DNA of 64,000 nt from Chiloscyllium plagiosum (Eukaryota), in assembly GCF_004010195.1 (NCBI RefSeq), contig NC_057719.1, positions 18,146,157-18,210,156 on the forward strand. Reading direction: 5' to 3'. The notes under the pieces are model-generated. The model saw only the letters and a list, made by a program, of their open reading frames with translations, did not search any database and had not been told where the DNA came from. Of the stretch, positions 1 through 11,610 are shown in pieces (within the stretch, counting starts at the first letter, position 1; every line of letters begins with the position of its first letter). The position numbers were made by a program, and so were the translations under genes.

Positions 1-310
1 TGTCTCAGTCAAATCCATCGAATTCAGCACCGTCTTCCTAACCTGAAATCTTCTTCCTGACCTCTCTGCCCCCACACCAGTCTGACCTTTCACCCTCACC
101 TTGACCTCTTTCCACCTATCACATTTCCGACGCCCCTCCCCCAAGTCCCTCCTCCCTACCTTTTATCTTAGCCTGCTGGACAAACTTTCCTCATTCCTGA
201 AGAAGGGCTTATGCCCGAAACGTTGATTCTCCTGTTCCCTGGATGCTGCGCTTTTCCAGCAACACATTTTCAGCTCTGATCTCCAGCATCTGCAGACCTC
301 ACTTTCTCCT
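1..310 (+). mobile_element. Penelope-like element terminal/3' segment (family A), 5' side cut by window edge
   Basis: Ends CCTGAAGAAGGGCTTATGCCCGAAACGTTGATTCTCC...CAGCATCTGCAGACCTCACTTTCTCCT; same unit recurs about 9 times in the window. Confidence 0.8.
194..228 (+). ncRNA. Minimal hammerhead ribozyme motif (PLE family A)
   Basis: CTGAAGA(197-203)-A-GGGC TTAT GCCC-GAAA-CGTT: CUGANGA and GAAA cores, 4-bp stem II, ACGU palindrome. Confidence 0.65.
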
Positions 311-738
311 ATTGTTAGTGAATCCAACCAATTAGTACCAACTCACACTATATTGCAAGTGATTTTACAAGGTTGGGTTATCTCTGCTGGAAACTAGCCT
401 AAGACTAAAGTTGCAAATTCTTTGTTATAATTTGGGATCATATCTCAAGCATGTTGCCTTCTTGTATAAGAAAATTGAGGCTGATAGATAATTGCTATGC
501 AATAATATTAGAATTATAGAATTGAGACTGGTCAGTAGATTTAAAACATGAACAGTCATGACCTACGTGTATGGTGGACAAGGTTGATGGATTAAAAGAT
601 CTACTGACCTTGTCACTTTTTGTTAAAACCCATCTGATTCACTAAAAACTTTTAGGGATGGAAATCTCTCTGTGGTCTGAGCAAATGTAGCTCAAGACTC
701 AAAGCAATGTGGCTTTGATGAAAATTCTTGTCCTGTGT

Positions 739-834
739 CACTAACCTGCTTTTTTAACCCCCACCCTGGTCATTTGCCTTTTGTTATTATAATCTCGCTT
801 TGTGTAATTTGCCAACTTGTCTCACCAGGTAAGT
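739..834 (+). promoter_or_regulatory. Candidate recursive splice site (3' splice site directly followed by 5' splice site)
   Basis: CACTAAC 739-745, pyrimidine tract, no AG between 705 and 826, then CAG|GTAAGT 826-834. Confidence 0.45.
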
Positions 835-1134
835 CAATCTAACCTATTAATTTCTCCATGGAATGAAGATGAATCACAACAAAGAAAAAGAAGGAAGAGG
901 TGTGCACCATTCTAGACCACCAGAGATCCCAAAGACATTGGTGTCAATGAAATACTCTCGAAGTTCCGCCATTATTGTGATGTCGAATAAACAGCACCTA
1001 ATTTGCATGCAACAAGCTCCAACATCCAACACCTTTTTGCTTTTTAGCTACATTTTGAAGTCAGTCTTGAGATATGTTGTCACCAGCATTTACAGTGTAT
1101 CTCTAATTGCCATAGATAGATAGATAGATTCATT

Positions 1135-1430
1135 AATTTGCATTCAGCTGGCGCCTTTATAATCTCAGGACATTCCACTTTACAGCCATTGAAGTACTTT
1201 TGAAGTTTACTTTCTGTTATGACATAGGAAATCCAGGAGCCAATCAGTGTACAGCAAGCTCCCAGCACCAGCAATGAAGTGAAGACCAATTAATCATTGT
1301 TGGTTGAGCCATGAGTATTGGTCAGATCATAAGGAGAGGTCCACTTGTAATGAATAATTACCGAGAACCTTTTACATTCATATGAAAGGGAAAACCAAGC
1401 TAACAGACTGAAAGTGGAGCACTCCCTCCT
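1135..1430 (-). mobile_element. Degenerate Deu-domain SINE (SacSINE1-like)
   Basis: Reverse complement of the ...CTTCAAAAGTACTTCA.TGGCTGTAAAG...TGCAA tail seen in the other copies. Confidence 0.55.
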
Positions 1431-2629
1431 CAACTTCTTAATTAGTGGCAAAGGTGCTCCGGAGGGAGCTAATACTGACAATTAAAGCCTTGATTGGGGT
1501 GGGAGTGGGCAGGAAAATTAAGTTGGTGTTACATAGCTGTGCTCTATTATTTATAGACACTCAACTACATCCAATAAACCTACAATGATTGTATTAGGTT
1601 TGTTCATATTTCAAAGAAAACACAGGCAAGAATCATTTCATGACTACCCCATGTCTCAGCAGTCAGCAAACAACAAGCACTGGAAGTTAAAGAAAACTAA
1701 GGAAATCCAGCTCTGCCATATGTATACTATCAGGGATAGAAGGCAGTAATCTCATCTCAGGATCCAAACAACAATACGAAACTGCTCAAGATTCCCTCTT
1801 GTGGTTTATGACATCATCTACTGATGGGTCAGTGCTTGATAATCATTGCCAGGTATCTACTTTCTGTAGAAATCTAATTGATTCAAAGTTGTAAAGCTGC
1901 CAGACAGGACCAAAATGTGCCAGAATAATAAACCTCCCTAGTCTTGTGGTGACATGGTCGGGCAGTAAGCTGTCCACCTGAAATTCCCTTCTCTCCTATT
2001 GTGGCAGAAGCATTGATCTGCTTAAAATAAAATGAGCTAATGCCTTCAATGAACAGCAGTGCGAAGAATTTCACATAAAAAGGTAATATATCCCTCTGCT
2101 TAACTCTGAGACCCCAAGGCTTTCATTTCCTGCTGCATTTTGGTGTGTTTGCATTGTGACACTTTTACGACAGTTGCTCACCTGTTGATTTTATGACTGT
2201 TAAGTAGCGCACAAAATAACCTCACTGTAAATTTCAAAGCTGCACATAATCAGAGAGAATGATTTTCACCACCTCACCACAAGGTTGTCAACCATACCCC
2301 TGGTAGGACACATCCTTGGGAGAATCACGACATGACCTCTAACCTCTCTTTCCCCTGCTAAACCCCTAGCCCCACACACACCTGCCACCTTCAGCCCAAC
2401 ATAATCATCCCCTCAACACCTCGCCTTCCCGAGCTAAACAGATAGCAACAAATCCCCAAAATACCTGAATGGATAGTTTTCAATTCTTGCTTTTTATCTC
2501 CTCCCCAGTTTTCAGCATCTGTAAAACTTAACAGATAAAAGAAAGAAAATTGTTTTTTTTTAAAATGCCCCCCTGATTTTTTTCACTAGAACTGCAGGAA
2601 GCAGAGGCCAACAAATCAGTCTTTAATTC

Positions 2630-3340
2630 TTGGAGACATCTTGCAAGTTTGGCAACTTGACTTCAACCCCAATCTCCGCGCCCCCTTCCCCACCCTCAAC
2701 CCTTGATATAGTGCCATTTTGTCATGGGAAAGTGTTAATCAGAGGGTTTCGAGCCTTTTCAAAAGTCAGGAGCGATCAAAGCTGCAAGAAAAATATTTTG
2801 GCTACACTTTCATTAAGGTTAGGACTCTGCACCGTTTTCATATGGGTTATTTTGAAAAAAAGAAATATTCAATTGCTTTGGCCCCTTGCTGAGGAATTTG
2901 GTCTGGCTGTGCTGCCTGTCTTACCAGGGCCTGCCATGCAACCTACTAAAGCCCAGATCTTCCAAAGCTGTTTCCACTCAGGCGCCGTGCGGACCCATTC
3001 ACCCGCCCGCTCCCACCGCCCTCCATCACCCCCACCAGCAGCAGCACCCCCACTTGTTAGTATTTCTTTCAGAGCAAACTTGTGAATGTTGTTGGTGGCA
3101 CCAGGCCACCTTGGCCCTCCGCCATATGTGTGCAGCCATTCCAAAAATCAGATCTGTCGCTTTTAAGATTGCTTCCTTCTGCCTTGCTTTGCAGCCTATG
3201 TGCCTCCTCTGTGCCAGTGCGTGACACAGCAGACCTCACACAACTCAAAGCCCTGAAAACTGACAGACCTCAGTCGTTGAATTTTTGGTTTAATGTCACT
3301 TCCTCCGGCTGGCTCTGATTAGTGGTGTGCAGTCTTTTTT
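2630..3340. promoter_or_regulatory. Unique GC/CpG-retaining block, candidate promoter or enhancer
   Basis: GGCGCCGTGCGG, CCCGCCC GC box at 3002-3008, CCGCGCCCC; no recognisable repeat. Confidence 0.4.
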
Positions 3341-3749
3341 TTTTAAAAAAAGCCTTTTTAAAGCTTCATCCGAGAGAAAAATGGAAGGGGAAAAATAATG
3401 TATTTTCATGTCAGGCTAGTTTGAAGCAGAATGCATTTAGTAAAGGTTTGCTGAATTTCAGTGTTTGTTATATTTTACTGTCTCACTCTATCCAGCTTTT
3501 CATGGGACCCAGTACTGGGATAGGAAGGGATTTAGAGAAGATAAATAGGGAACTTTACCTTGAAAAGGAACGATGGGGATGTATGCCAGGGAAAAGGTAT
3601 CATAAATAACAATTCTAAAATGAAAATCAGTGAGTAGAATAGAAACTCTGTACTAGATACTACAGTTTATGAGGATGGAAGGTAATTAAATTTGGAAAAG
3701 ACATAAGGAATGTGTGAGAAATACATTAGAGCCAACGGACAGGTCAGGG

Positions 3750-4140
3750 TGTGTGGTCCTATTAAGCATTCTTTACACAAACACACAGAGCATAAGGAAC
3801 AAATTGATGAACTACAAGCACAAATTCAACTTGGAGGGTATGGCGTGGAAGCCATTACGAAGACACAGCTGATAATGGGTGTTATTGTCAACAAAAATAG
3901 AGAAATTACGGACACACTGAACATCCTCAGAAAATGCATTTTTGATTAATGACAAGACCTTCACCATAGTTAACGTACCATAAATGGAGAATGAGGAAGA
4001 AAGTAATGGCATGGAAGAATAATAAATTGTTCGAACAAGACTGTTTCCATCTCAAGGTTTTAGAGGTTGCACTTGCACTCAATAGAGTTTAGATGAACAA
4101 GAGGAGACATTATTGAAACAGGTAAGATTTGTATGGGATG
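3750..4140 (+). mobile_element. Old CR1 LINE remnant (ORF2 endonuclease N-terminus plus a late-ORF2 piece)
   Basis: Frameshifted LYTNTQSIRNK / IDELQAQIQLGGYGVEAITKTQL resembles the CR1 APE start; continues after the HER1 insertion at 4876. Confidence 0.65.
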
Positions 4141-4875
4141 TAGAATCATAGAGTCATAGTGAAGTACAGCATGGAACCAGACCCTTCGGTCCAATTCATC
4201 CATGCCGACCAGATATCCTAACCTAATCTAGTCCCATTTGCCAGCAATTAGCCCATATCCTTCTAAACCCTTCCTATTCATATACTCCGCCAGTTGCCTT
4301 TTAAATGCTGCAATTGTACCTGCCTCCACCACTTCCTCTAGAGACAAAAAATCTACAGATGCTGGAATCCAAAATAGACAGGCAGGAGTCTGGAAGAACA
4401 CAGCAAGCCAGGCAGCATCGGGAGGTGGAGCAGTTGATGTTCGGATGAGCATCAACATCTCCACCTACTGATGCTGCCTGGCTTGCTACGTTCTTCCAGC
4501 CACCTGCCTGTCCACCACTTCCTCTGGCAGTTCGTTCCATACACGTACCGCCCTCTGGATGAAAATGTTGCCCCTTAGGTCTCTTTTATATCTTTCCCCT
4601 CTCACCCTAAACCTATGTCCTCTAGTTCTGGACTTGCCCACCCCAGGGAAAAGACTTTGTCTATTTATCCTATCCATGCCCCTCATGATTTTATAAACCT
4701 CTATAAGTTCACACTTCAGCCTCCGATGCTGCAGAGAAACCAGCCCTAGCCTATTCAACCTCTCCCTTTGTTCAAAGTCTCCAACTCTGGCAACATCCTT
4801 GTAAATCTTCTCTGAACCCTCCCAAGTTTCACAACATATTTCCAATAGGATGGAGAGGGCAGAATTGCATGCAAT
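4141..4875 (-). mobile_element. HER1 (CR1-clade) LINE 3' fragment
   Basis: ERLNRLGLVSLQHRRL..ELIEVYKIMRGMDR..RTRGHRFRVRGERYKRDLRGNIF plus CTATGACTCTATGATTCTA tail. Confidence 0.92.
4340..4510. mobile_element. PLE-derived fold-back insertion with 15-bp TSD
   Basis: TCCACCACTTCCTCT at 4325-4339 and 4511-4525; about 65-bp inverted arms around a GGAT loop. Confidence 0.85.
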
Positions 4876-5230
4876 TGGCAGGGTTTGAAATGGTGAGGAT
4901 GGTTCCTCTTCTGGGAGAGTTTTGGACCAGAGGGCGTAATCTCACAATAAGGGGATCTCCCATTTAAAACAGAGATGACAAGGAATTTCTTTTCTCAAGG
5001 TGTGCTGAATTGCTGGAACTCTTGATTACAGAGACCTGTACAGGTTGGGTCATTTAGTATATTTGAGGCTGAGATATATTTTTAAACAATAATGGAATCA
5101 AGAGTGATGGCGATAAGAGAGAAAGGTGGAGATGAGGATTATTAGCTCAACCACGATCTCACTGAATGATGGATTAAACTCAATGAGTGAGTTGAATGGC
5201 CACCCTATGCCTCATGGTTTTATGGCTATG
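4876..5230 (+). mobile_element. Old CR1 LINE 3' end
   Basis: CCATTTAAAACAGAGATGACAAGGAATTTCTTTTCTCA... and 3'UTR GATCTCACTGAATG...GAATGGCC. Confidence 0.75.
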
Positions 5231-5582
5231 TGCTACTAAAGGTAAAGTTCCATGAGTGGGTTCAGAAGTCAGGAGCTCCTTGTGGAGGAGATGCATGGCA
5301 GCTGTGAGTTCAATGTGGACTGGGGGAGTGGGCAGGGGTGCACTAACAGCATTCCTCACCCTTGTCCCTATCCAGTATTCAGCAGCCACCACTATACTGA
5401 GTGCCAGAAGGCAGGCTAAACAGACCATTCTTCAAGCTGGAAGGCAGCTGTGTCCATTCCATGTTAGTGCTGTTGTATTGCCAGCTGCAGTTTCTATACC
5501 TGTGTGCACCTTTCTACCAAATACATTTATCTCTGTTACAAGTTGGAATGCATCACTGGGATAGAGAATTTTCTAAAACATA

Positions 5583-5727
5583 ACATTTAAAAGGCATCTG
5601 AATGGGTATATGAAGAGAAAAGGTTTAGAGGGATATGGCCCAAGTGTTGGCAAATGGGACCAGATATCTGGTTGGCATGGCCAAGTTGGACTAAAGGGTC
5701 TGTTTCTGTGCTGTATATCTCTATGAC
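5583..5727 (+). mobile_element. HER1 LINE short 3' end
   Basis: ACATTTAAAAGGCATCTG...GGTTTAGAGGGATATGG...CTCTATGAC. Confidence 0.85.
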
Positions 5728-6125
5728 ACTACAAAAGGAACTTCAAATCCCAAAGCATCAACTCTGGAAGTGAATGGAAATGCAGTTTAAAAGAGACTGC
5801 TTCCAGAAGACCAACTACCTTACATTGCTTGCAATCCCACTAGAACCTCAAGACCACTGAAGAAGTCTTGAAACATCTTATTCTTTTTACCTATGTACTT
5901 TTAACTTTTTTCAAACTCCTCCTTCCTTGCCATCTATAACTTGTTCTGTTCTGAATGCTAGTATATGTGTGTATGTCACAGGATTCAAGATGTGTTCCAC
6001 CATTGAAATACATTTCATATTTTACATCAGTGAGGTTACAATAAAGCTAACTCCTTAATTTTGTTAATTTGAGAGATCTGTCTGGCTTATCTCTTCAAGT
6101 CCATGTTGACTGAGAAAACCAATGA

Positions 6126-6240
6126 GGCAAAAGTGAAGACTGTAGATGATCCCTGATGTTTTGCCCAAAACATCGATTTTCCTGCTCCTCGGATGCTGCC
6201 TGACCTGCTGTGCTTTTCCAGCACCACACTGATCTAAATT
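6126..6240. mobile_element. PLE family A mini-insertion with 16-bp TSD
   Basis: CTGAGAAAACCAATGA at 6110-6125 and 6241-6256. Confidence 0.8.
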
Positions 6241-6289
6241 CTGAGAAAACCAATGACCTTATAAAAACAAACACTACTTTAGCCAAATA

Positions 6290-6460
6290 CAAACAAAAGA
6301 ACTGCAGATGCTGGAAATCCATAACAAAAGCATAAATTGCTGGAAAAGCTCAACAGGTCTGGTAGCATCTGTGGAGAGAAAGCAGAATTAACATTTCAGG
6401 TCGCGTGATCCTTCAGAATGTAGACCTGCTGGGTTTTTTCAGCAATTTCTGTTTTTATCA
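6290..6460. mobile_element. PLE family D terminal fragment with partial fold-back
   Basis: AACTGCAGATGCTGGAAATC...AGGTCTGGTAGCATCTGTGGAGAG, then inverted AGACCTGCTG...CAGCAATTTCTG. Confidence 0.7.
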
Positions 6461-6699
6461 GATCAAAACCAATTTCACTGCTCTACTCTCTTCACAAGTT
6501 CAATAGCCTTTGCTTTCAATTCTTACCCAATTCCTCCATTACCAGTCTGGCAGCATCTGTGAAGAGAAGGCAATGTTTATGTTTCAAGTCAGTTCCTTCA
6601 GAACTGTTTAGATCCAAAACTTTAGCACTGTTATAACCAAACTCAGGATTGAAATGAAAGGAATTGATCCTCCCTCCACACTTGGTCATAAAAAGGGAA

Positions 6700-6955
6700 A
6701 ATATCTACGGACTTTTTGTTTCTTTTATGTGGTCCTCCAGAAAGGATTCAACAAAATCCATCAGAAGATACTGCTGGCTAAAGGTAAGGTTCGTGGAATT
6801 GATGGGAACGTATTGACCTGGTTCGGAAGTTTTCTCAACAGCATAAGACAGAAAGTAGGGGTCATGGTTGACTGCTGTATTTGGCAGGATGTTATTTGTG
6901 GTGTTCCACATTGATCTGTGTTAGGATCTCAAATACTCTATGCATTTATGATTTA
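6700..6955 (+). mobile_element. CR1 reverse transcriptase remnant
   Basis: LQKGFNKIHQKILLAK.KVRGIDGNVLTWFGSFL..IRQKV....WQDVICGVPH resembles DFQKAFDKVPH...GVPQGSVLG. Confidence 0.8.
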
Positions 6956-7604
6956 ATTGGTTGCCATGTTGTAATAGTGCTTGGCCAAAGTGGAAGTCTC
7001 AATTCCCCATGCCTCATGGGTGTGCATTTAGCTCTTCAGTTGCTCATAGAAGCTTCGAATTTTAGTTTTAATATGCGCTATAATGAGAGAGAAGAATACA
7101 TTAGGGAGATTCCCATTGTCTTCCTCATGTATGTTCATAGAAAACACAAGTTTTCATCGCAATGGATCTGACACAATGAAGTATCAGTTATCCCTCAAAG
7201 TTTGCATCTTCCTCCTCCTCCCATCAACATCCAACAAGATGTTGATGGGATCTTGAAATAATTTCAGGGAATTCAAGATTCATCTGCAGAGGCAAGGAAG
7301 GGTATTTTATTGATTAATTTTAAATTGCTCTTATAAATGATAGATTTTACAAGATTGTCCCAGAAAATCAATAATAGAGAATATTTCCTCTACATGCATT
7401 GTGAAGTTGAATCATAAACTCATTCTTCATAAACTTAATTAAGAGCTTGCAATCAATATATTTATTTCAAGTGGGGCATAAGAGCTTTTAAAATGAGATT
7501 TGCAAGTCTTTGCGTAATATTGTCAGTAAATTTTAATAGACTTGTTTATGAAGGTTATGGTTTTTGAATGAGTATCAGAGCAGAGTGCAATATTTCCCGA
7601 TCCA

Positions 7605-7868
7605 GAAGTCTGGACTAACAATCCAGAGAATTATTTCAAATTCCGCTACAGTAGTGTATGAATTAAATTTAAATAAATATATCCAATTGTTATATAAAAA
7701 AAGTTCATTCATATAATTCACGGACTGTTGTCTCTCCTCGGTTAGGTCAATAAATGACTCAAGTCCGACACCAATGTGGTTGATTCTTAATCGACTGAGA
7801 AAAGCAATATACTAGCATCAGATCAATGAAACTAGGGATGGCTAATAAAAACTGAGATTGGCAAGGCA
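7605..7868 (+). mobile_element. Degenerate tRNA-derived SINE (family 2)
   Basis: Matches the 49028-49615 copy (GGACT..AATCCAGAG, AATGTGGTTGA.TCTTAA, CTAGGGATGG..AATAAA). Confidence 0.5.
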
Positions 7869-7884
7869 TGTTTTGTGTTCACTG

Positions 7885-8530
7885 CTCACAATGCAGTTTC
7901 CTCTACATTGGAAAGACTGAACACCATCAGGGTAACTGCATTGTGAAACACCTCTGTCCTCCCTATAGGAATTCCCTGGTCTTTTAGTTGCTTATATTTC
8001 AATAAGTTAAAATATCTGTCCTGGACCTGCTGCAATGTTCCAACGAGGCACAACAAATGACTCTTCATTTTTTGCTCAGGTAATTTATAGCTTCTAGGAT
8101 TCAATGTTGAATTGGACCACGTCAGAGCCTGACCATATGATGTCTGTTCTCCATTTTTCTTATATTCCTTTCCAAACTTCATGGATTTTTCTTGTCTGTG
8201 TCTGGTTACTTCGATGTCAGCAAAGATGACCTATGTTTTCCCTTACATATTCTAATTTATACCCATTCTATATCTCTATTTCTCTTTCACCGCAATTAGC
8301 GACGCTTTGTCTTTTACATTGGGCTTGCAAATTGCCCCTCACTCCTCTGTCTGTCATAAGTTTAAAAATCAACATTTTCTTTTCAGCTCTGAAGAAGAGT
8401 CATATGAGAATTGAAATGTTAACTCTGCTTCTCTCTCTGCACATGCTGCCAGACTTACTGTGTTCCTCCAGCATTTTCTTTTGTTCACTTCAGATTTTCC
8501 AGCATCTGCTGTATTTTGCTTTTATTTCAC
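7885..8530 (+). mobile_element. Penelope-like element 3' part (family D): GIY-YIG endonuclease remnant and terminal unit
   Basis: CSFLYIGKTEHHQGNCIVKHL...LLQCSNEAQ; tail CTGAAGAAGAGTC...GAAATGTTAACTCTG (decayed hammerhead near 8388-8420). Confidence 0.75.
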
Positions 8531-8614
8531 ATTGATGGTAATATATATAAGTATAAATATAACTTTAAAAAAGAATCTAACAGTTGTTCGATTTAGACAC
8601 TGCGTTGGTTCATT

Positions 8615-9155
8615 TAGAGTCACAGAGGCAAAGCGATGTACAACAGACCCTTTGGTCCAACACATCCATGCCAACCAGATACCCTAACCTAGTCCCCTTT
8701 GCCAGCACTTGGCCCATATCCCTTTCAACCCTTCCTATTCATATACCTATCCAAATGCCTTTTAGATGTTGTAATTGTACCAGCCTTCACCACTTCCTCT
8801 GGCAGATCATTCCATACATGCACCATCCTCTGTGTGAAAAAGTTGCCTCTTACATCCTTTTTATATCTTTCCCCTTTCACCCTAAACCTATGCCTTCTGG
8901 CTCTGGACTCCCCCACCAGGGAAAAATACTTTATCTATTTATCCTATCCATGCCCCTCGTGATTTTATAAACCTTTATAAGGTCACCCCTTAGCCTTCGA
9001 TGCTCCATGGAAAACAGCCCCAGCCTCTTCAGCCTATTCCTATAGCTCAAATCCTCCAATCCTGGCAACATCCTTGTAAAGCTTTTCCAAACCCTTTCAA
9101 GTTTCATAATATCCTTCCGATAGGAAGGAGACCAGAATTGCACGCAATATTCCAT
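8615..9155 (-). mobile_element. HER1 LINE 3' fragment
   Basis: EYCVQFWSPSYRKDIMKLERV...RRLRGDLIKVYKI; RHRFRVKGERYKKDVRGNFFTQR. Confidence 0.92.
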
Positions 9156-9867
9156 GTACGACAATTCTTCACATTCAAATTTGTTTCTGGAATGGTCTGT
9201 TCTCCATTTCAGAACATTGATCGTTTGTTCATTGAATTTATAAATCAATTATAAGCTTCTGACAGCTTGCCGCATGCCTGACAACTTCAGAAACTTTGTT
9301 GACCAATTCTACTGATGAATTTCCAGGCCGTTTTATCACTATCCCTGTTTGTGGGCAATGCTGGTGAAAACAAAGCAAATTCAGACTTAATATACGGCTT
9401 TACCAAAATAAACACTTCATTCTCAATGAAGCATGATCTAAATCATCTTCCACTATCACATCCTTTACTAGTTGAGCTCCAGAAGTGAATGTTTACTTGC
9501 ACAGGTTAGCTGACTTATTTTTGCTTCTTGAGTTGAAGTTGAATCATTTGAATAAACATCTCATTGGTTTTGTTTTTAGCTTTTTGTCAGCTGTAAGTTA
9601 AACAGCAAAAAGTTATACTTAGTATCAGCAGCTTGGCAGTAAATATAAGCATTTAGTGCCAGATAATTGCCTAGGGGGATAGTGATATAGCTACTTTCCT
9701 ATTGAAGTAGAGCAAATTCAGGTGTGCAAGGAATTGGAAGTGGCAGTAAAATCAGAGTTACGTTACATCAATGATCTACTTCCCTAGTAAAGTAACCTGA
9801 TAACTGTAACACCACCACTAATAGGTATAGTTCCAATTCTTCAAGTTCATAACAGTAGCAGTATAAA

Positions 9868-10075
9868 CAACAACTTGCATTTATATAGCACCCATTAACC
9901 CAGTGAGACATCCCAAACTTGAAAGAGTTTTAACAAACAAAATGTGGCACTAGGTCACATATTAAGAGTGGTCAAATAGGTGACTTTTAAGGATCTCCTT
10001 TGAAGGCGAGAAAGAGGAGCAGAAAGGTTTAGGAAGAAAATTACAGAGCTTAAGGCCTGTGTGTCTGAATAGCTT
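9868..10075 (-). mobile_element. L2-type LINE 3' end
   Basis: AACAACAACTTGCATTTATATAGCAC tail and GGTTTAGGAAGAAAATTACAGAGCTTAAGGCCT. Confidence 0.55.
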
Positions 10076-11069
10076 GCTGCCACAGGGCTTCAATAACATT
10101 GAACTCAGTTGGCAGTATAATCCGTGTCATGTGACTGAACAGTGCACTCTGCTTAAGTGTCTTTTTACCTAAGGCTGTAGATGTCTGCCCCATAAACAAT
10201 GCCCATTTAGTCAGATAGTTTCATAAAATTACGGAGGACAGCATGCAACATGATACTGGTTTGCGGATTTGATTTTCAGTGCTAAATGTATAAGGATAAT
10301 AATGACAAAATGCGAGCGATAATTATATGTATATTTGACAAGAGTTACTTAAAAGGATGTTAACTGACAGCAAAGATGTTATTCAAAATTCTTATTCTGA
10401 TAAGTCTACACAGTTATGTGATGTTTGCTTAACTTTACTTTTCTTTTATGTTCCAGGTGACAGCATCATTGTTATAATAATGAGAATAGCATCCAATCTA
10501 CTATCAGCTCACCGAGGCAACACCGAGGCAAAATGTGTTCTTCTTTCTGCAAGTGCAAGAGAAAAGATTCTAATCTTCCTTTAATTCATTCTCTGTGTCT
10601 CCCTTGGCTTATAGTGAACATAACTGAAAGCTTTTCTTCTAAAAATTTATTCTACTGGGAGGTACCATGACAAACGCAAGGCATTTATGATACATCACTA
10701 TAAACTATAAAATCCTTCTTTTTGTTATTTCCAGCCATTCCAATTGCCCGATATTCACCTATACACAACAAAGCACTTCAAAATCTGACAATGTAACACT
10801 ACAATATGCAAAGTTCACCATACCTATCACTTTATATTTAAGCAGATTATTATTTTGAACATTCTCAGGTGATTTTGAGTATCTGAGAGGTTTAAAGTTG
10901 GAAATAACTGTTATATGTATACTTGGAACATGCACTAGTATTAAATCCTCTCATGCATTTTATGGGCATATTAACCCATTCCAAATACCATAACATCAAA
11001 ACAGTGAAATCAGGACAACCAATCAATGTTGATGTTTACTGTCTGCACAAGAAAACATTTCTATTTGCA

Positions 11070-11610
11070 AGAACTGCAGTGGTTGAAGAAATCAGCTCAC
11101 CACAACCTTCTCAAGGCTAAATAGAGATGGGCAATAAATGTTGGCCAGCCAGTGATGCCCACATCCCACAACTAAATGTAAAAAAAAACCATTCTACTTT
11201 TCCTATCCCATCTGCAAGGCACAAGTCCAGAGTGTGCTGAAATACCTTCGCTTACCTGGATGGTTGCATTTCAAATAACATTCAAGAAGCTTGACATCAT
11301 CCAGGCCGAATCACCTTACTGAACTAATACTCCCAGCTATCATCTTAAACATTCACAACCCCAACATCTCCCCCCCCTCCCCTCCGCCACCCCCCATCAA
11401 TGGACAGTAGCAGCAGTGTGCACCATCTACAAGCTACGCTGCAATAATTCATCCAAGTTTGCTTCCAAACCCATAATTTCTACCACGTCAAAGGCTAAGG
11501 GCAACAGCATCAGGACCTACAAGTTTCACTCCAAGCCACTCACCAGTTTCGCTTGGAACTTTGCCTTGGAAATATATCACCTCCTTCACTGTTGCAGGAT
11601 CCATATCGAT
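11070..11610 (+). mobile_element. Two 3' fragments of a second CR1/L2-group LINE family
   Basis: GCAGTGGTTGAAGAA..CAGCTCACCAC..CCTTCTCAAGG...GGGCAATAAATGTTGGCC tail; homologous to 23265-23850 and 45740-46400. Confidence 0.65.

Noticed and set aside
2630-3224. Overlapping 91-151 aa ORFs
   Set aside because: Pro/Gly-rich by-products of local GC richness on both strands; no domain or exon structure.
4486-4845. RT-like ORFs here and at 8931, 25621, 51336 and 61142 as host genes
   Set aside because: Truncated, frameshifted CR1/HER1 fragments.
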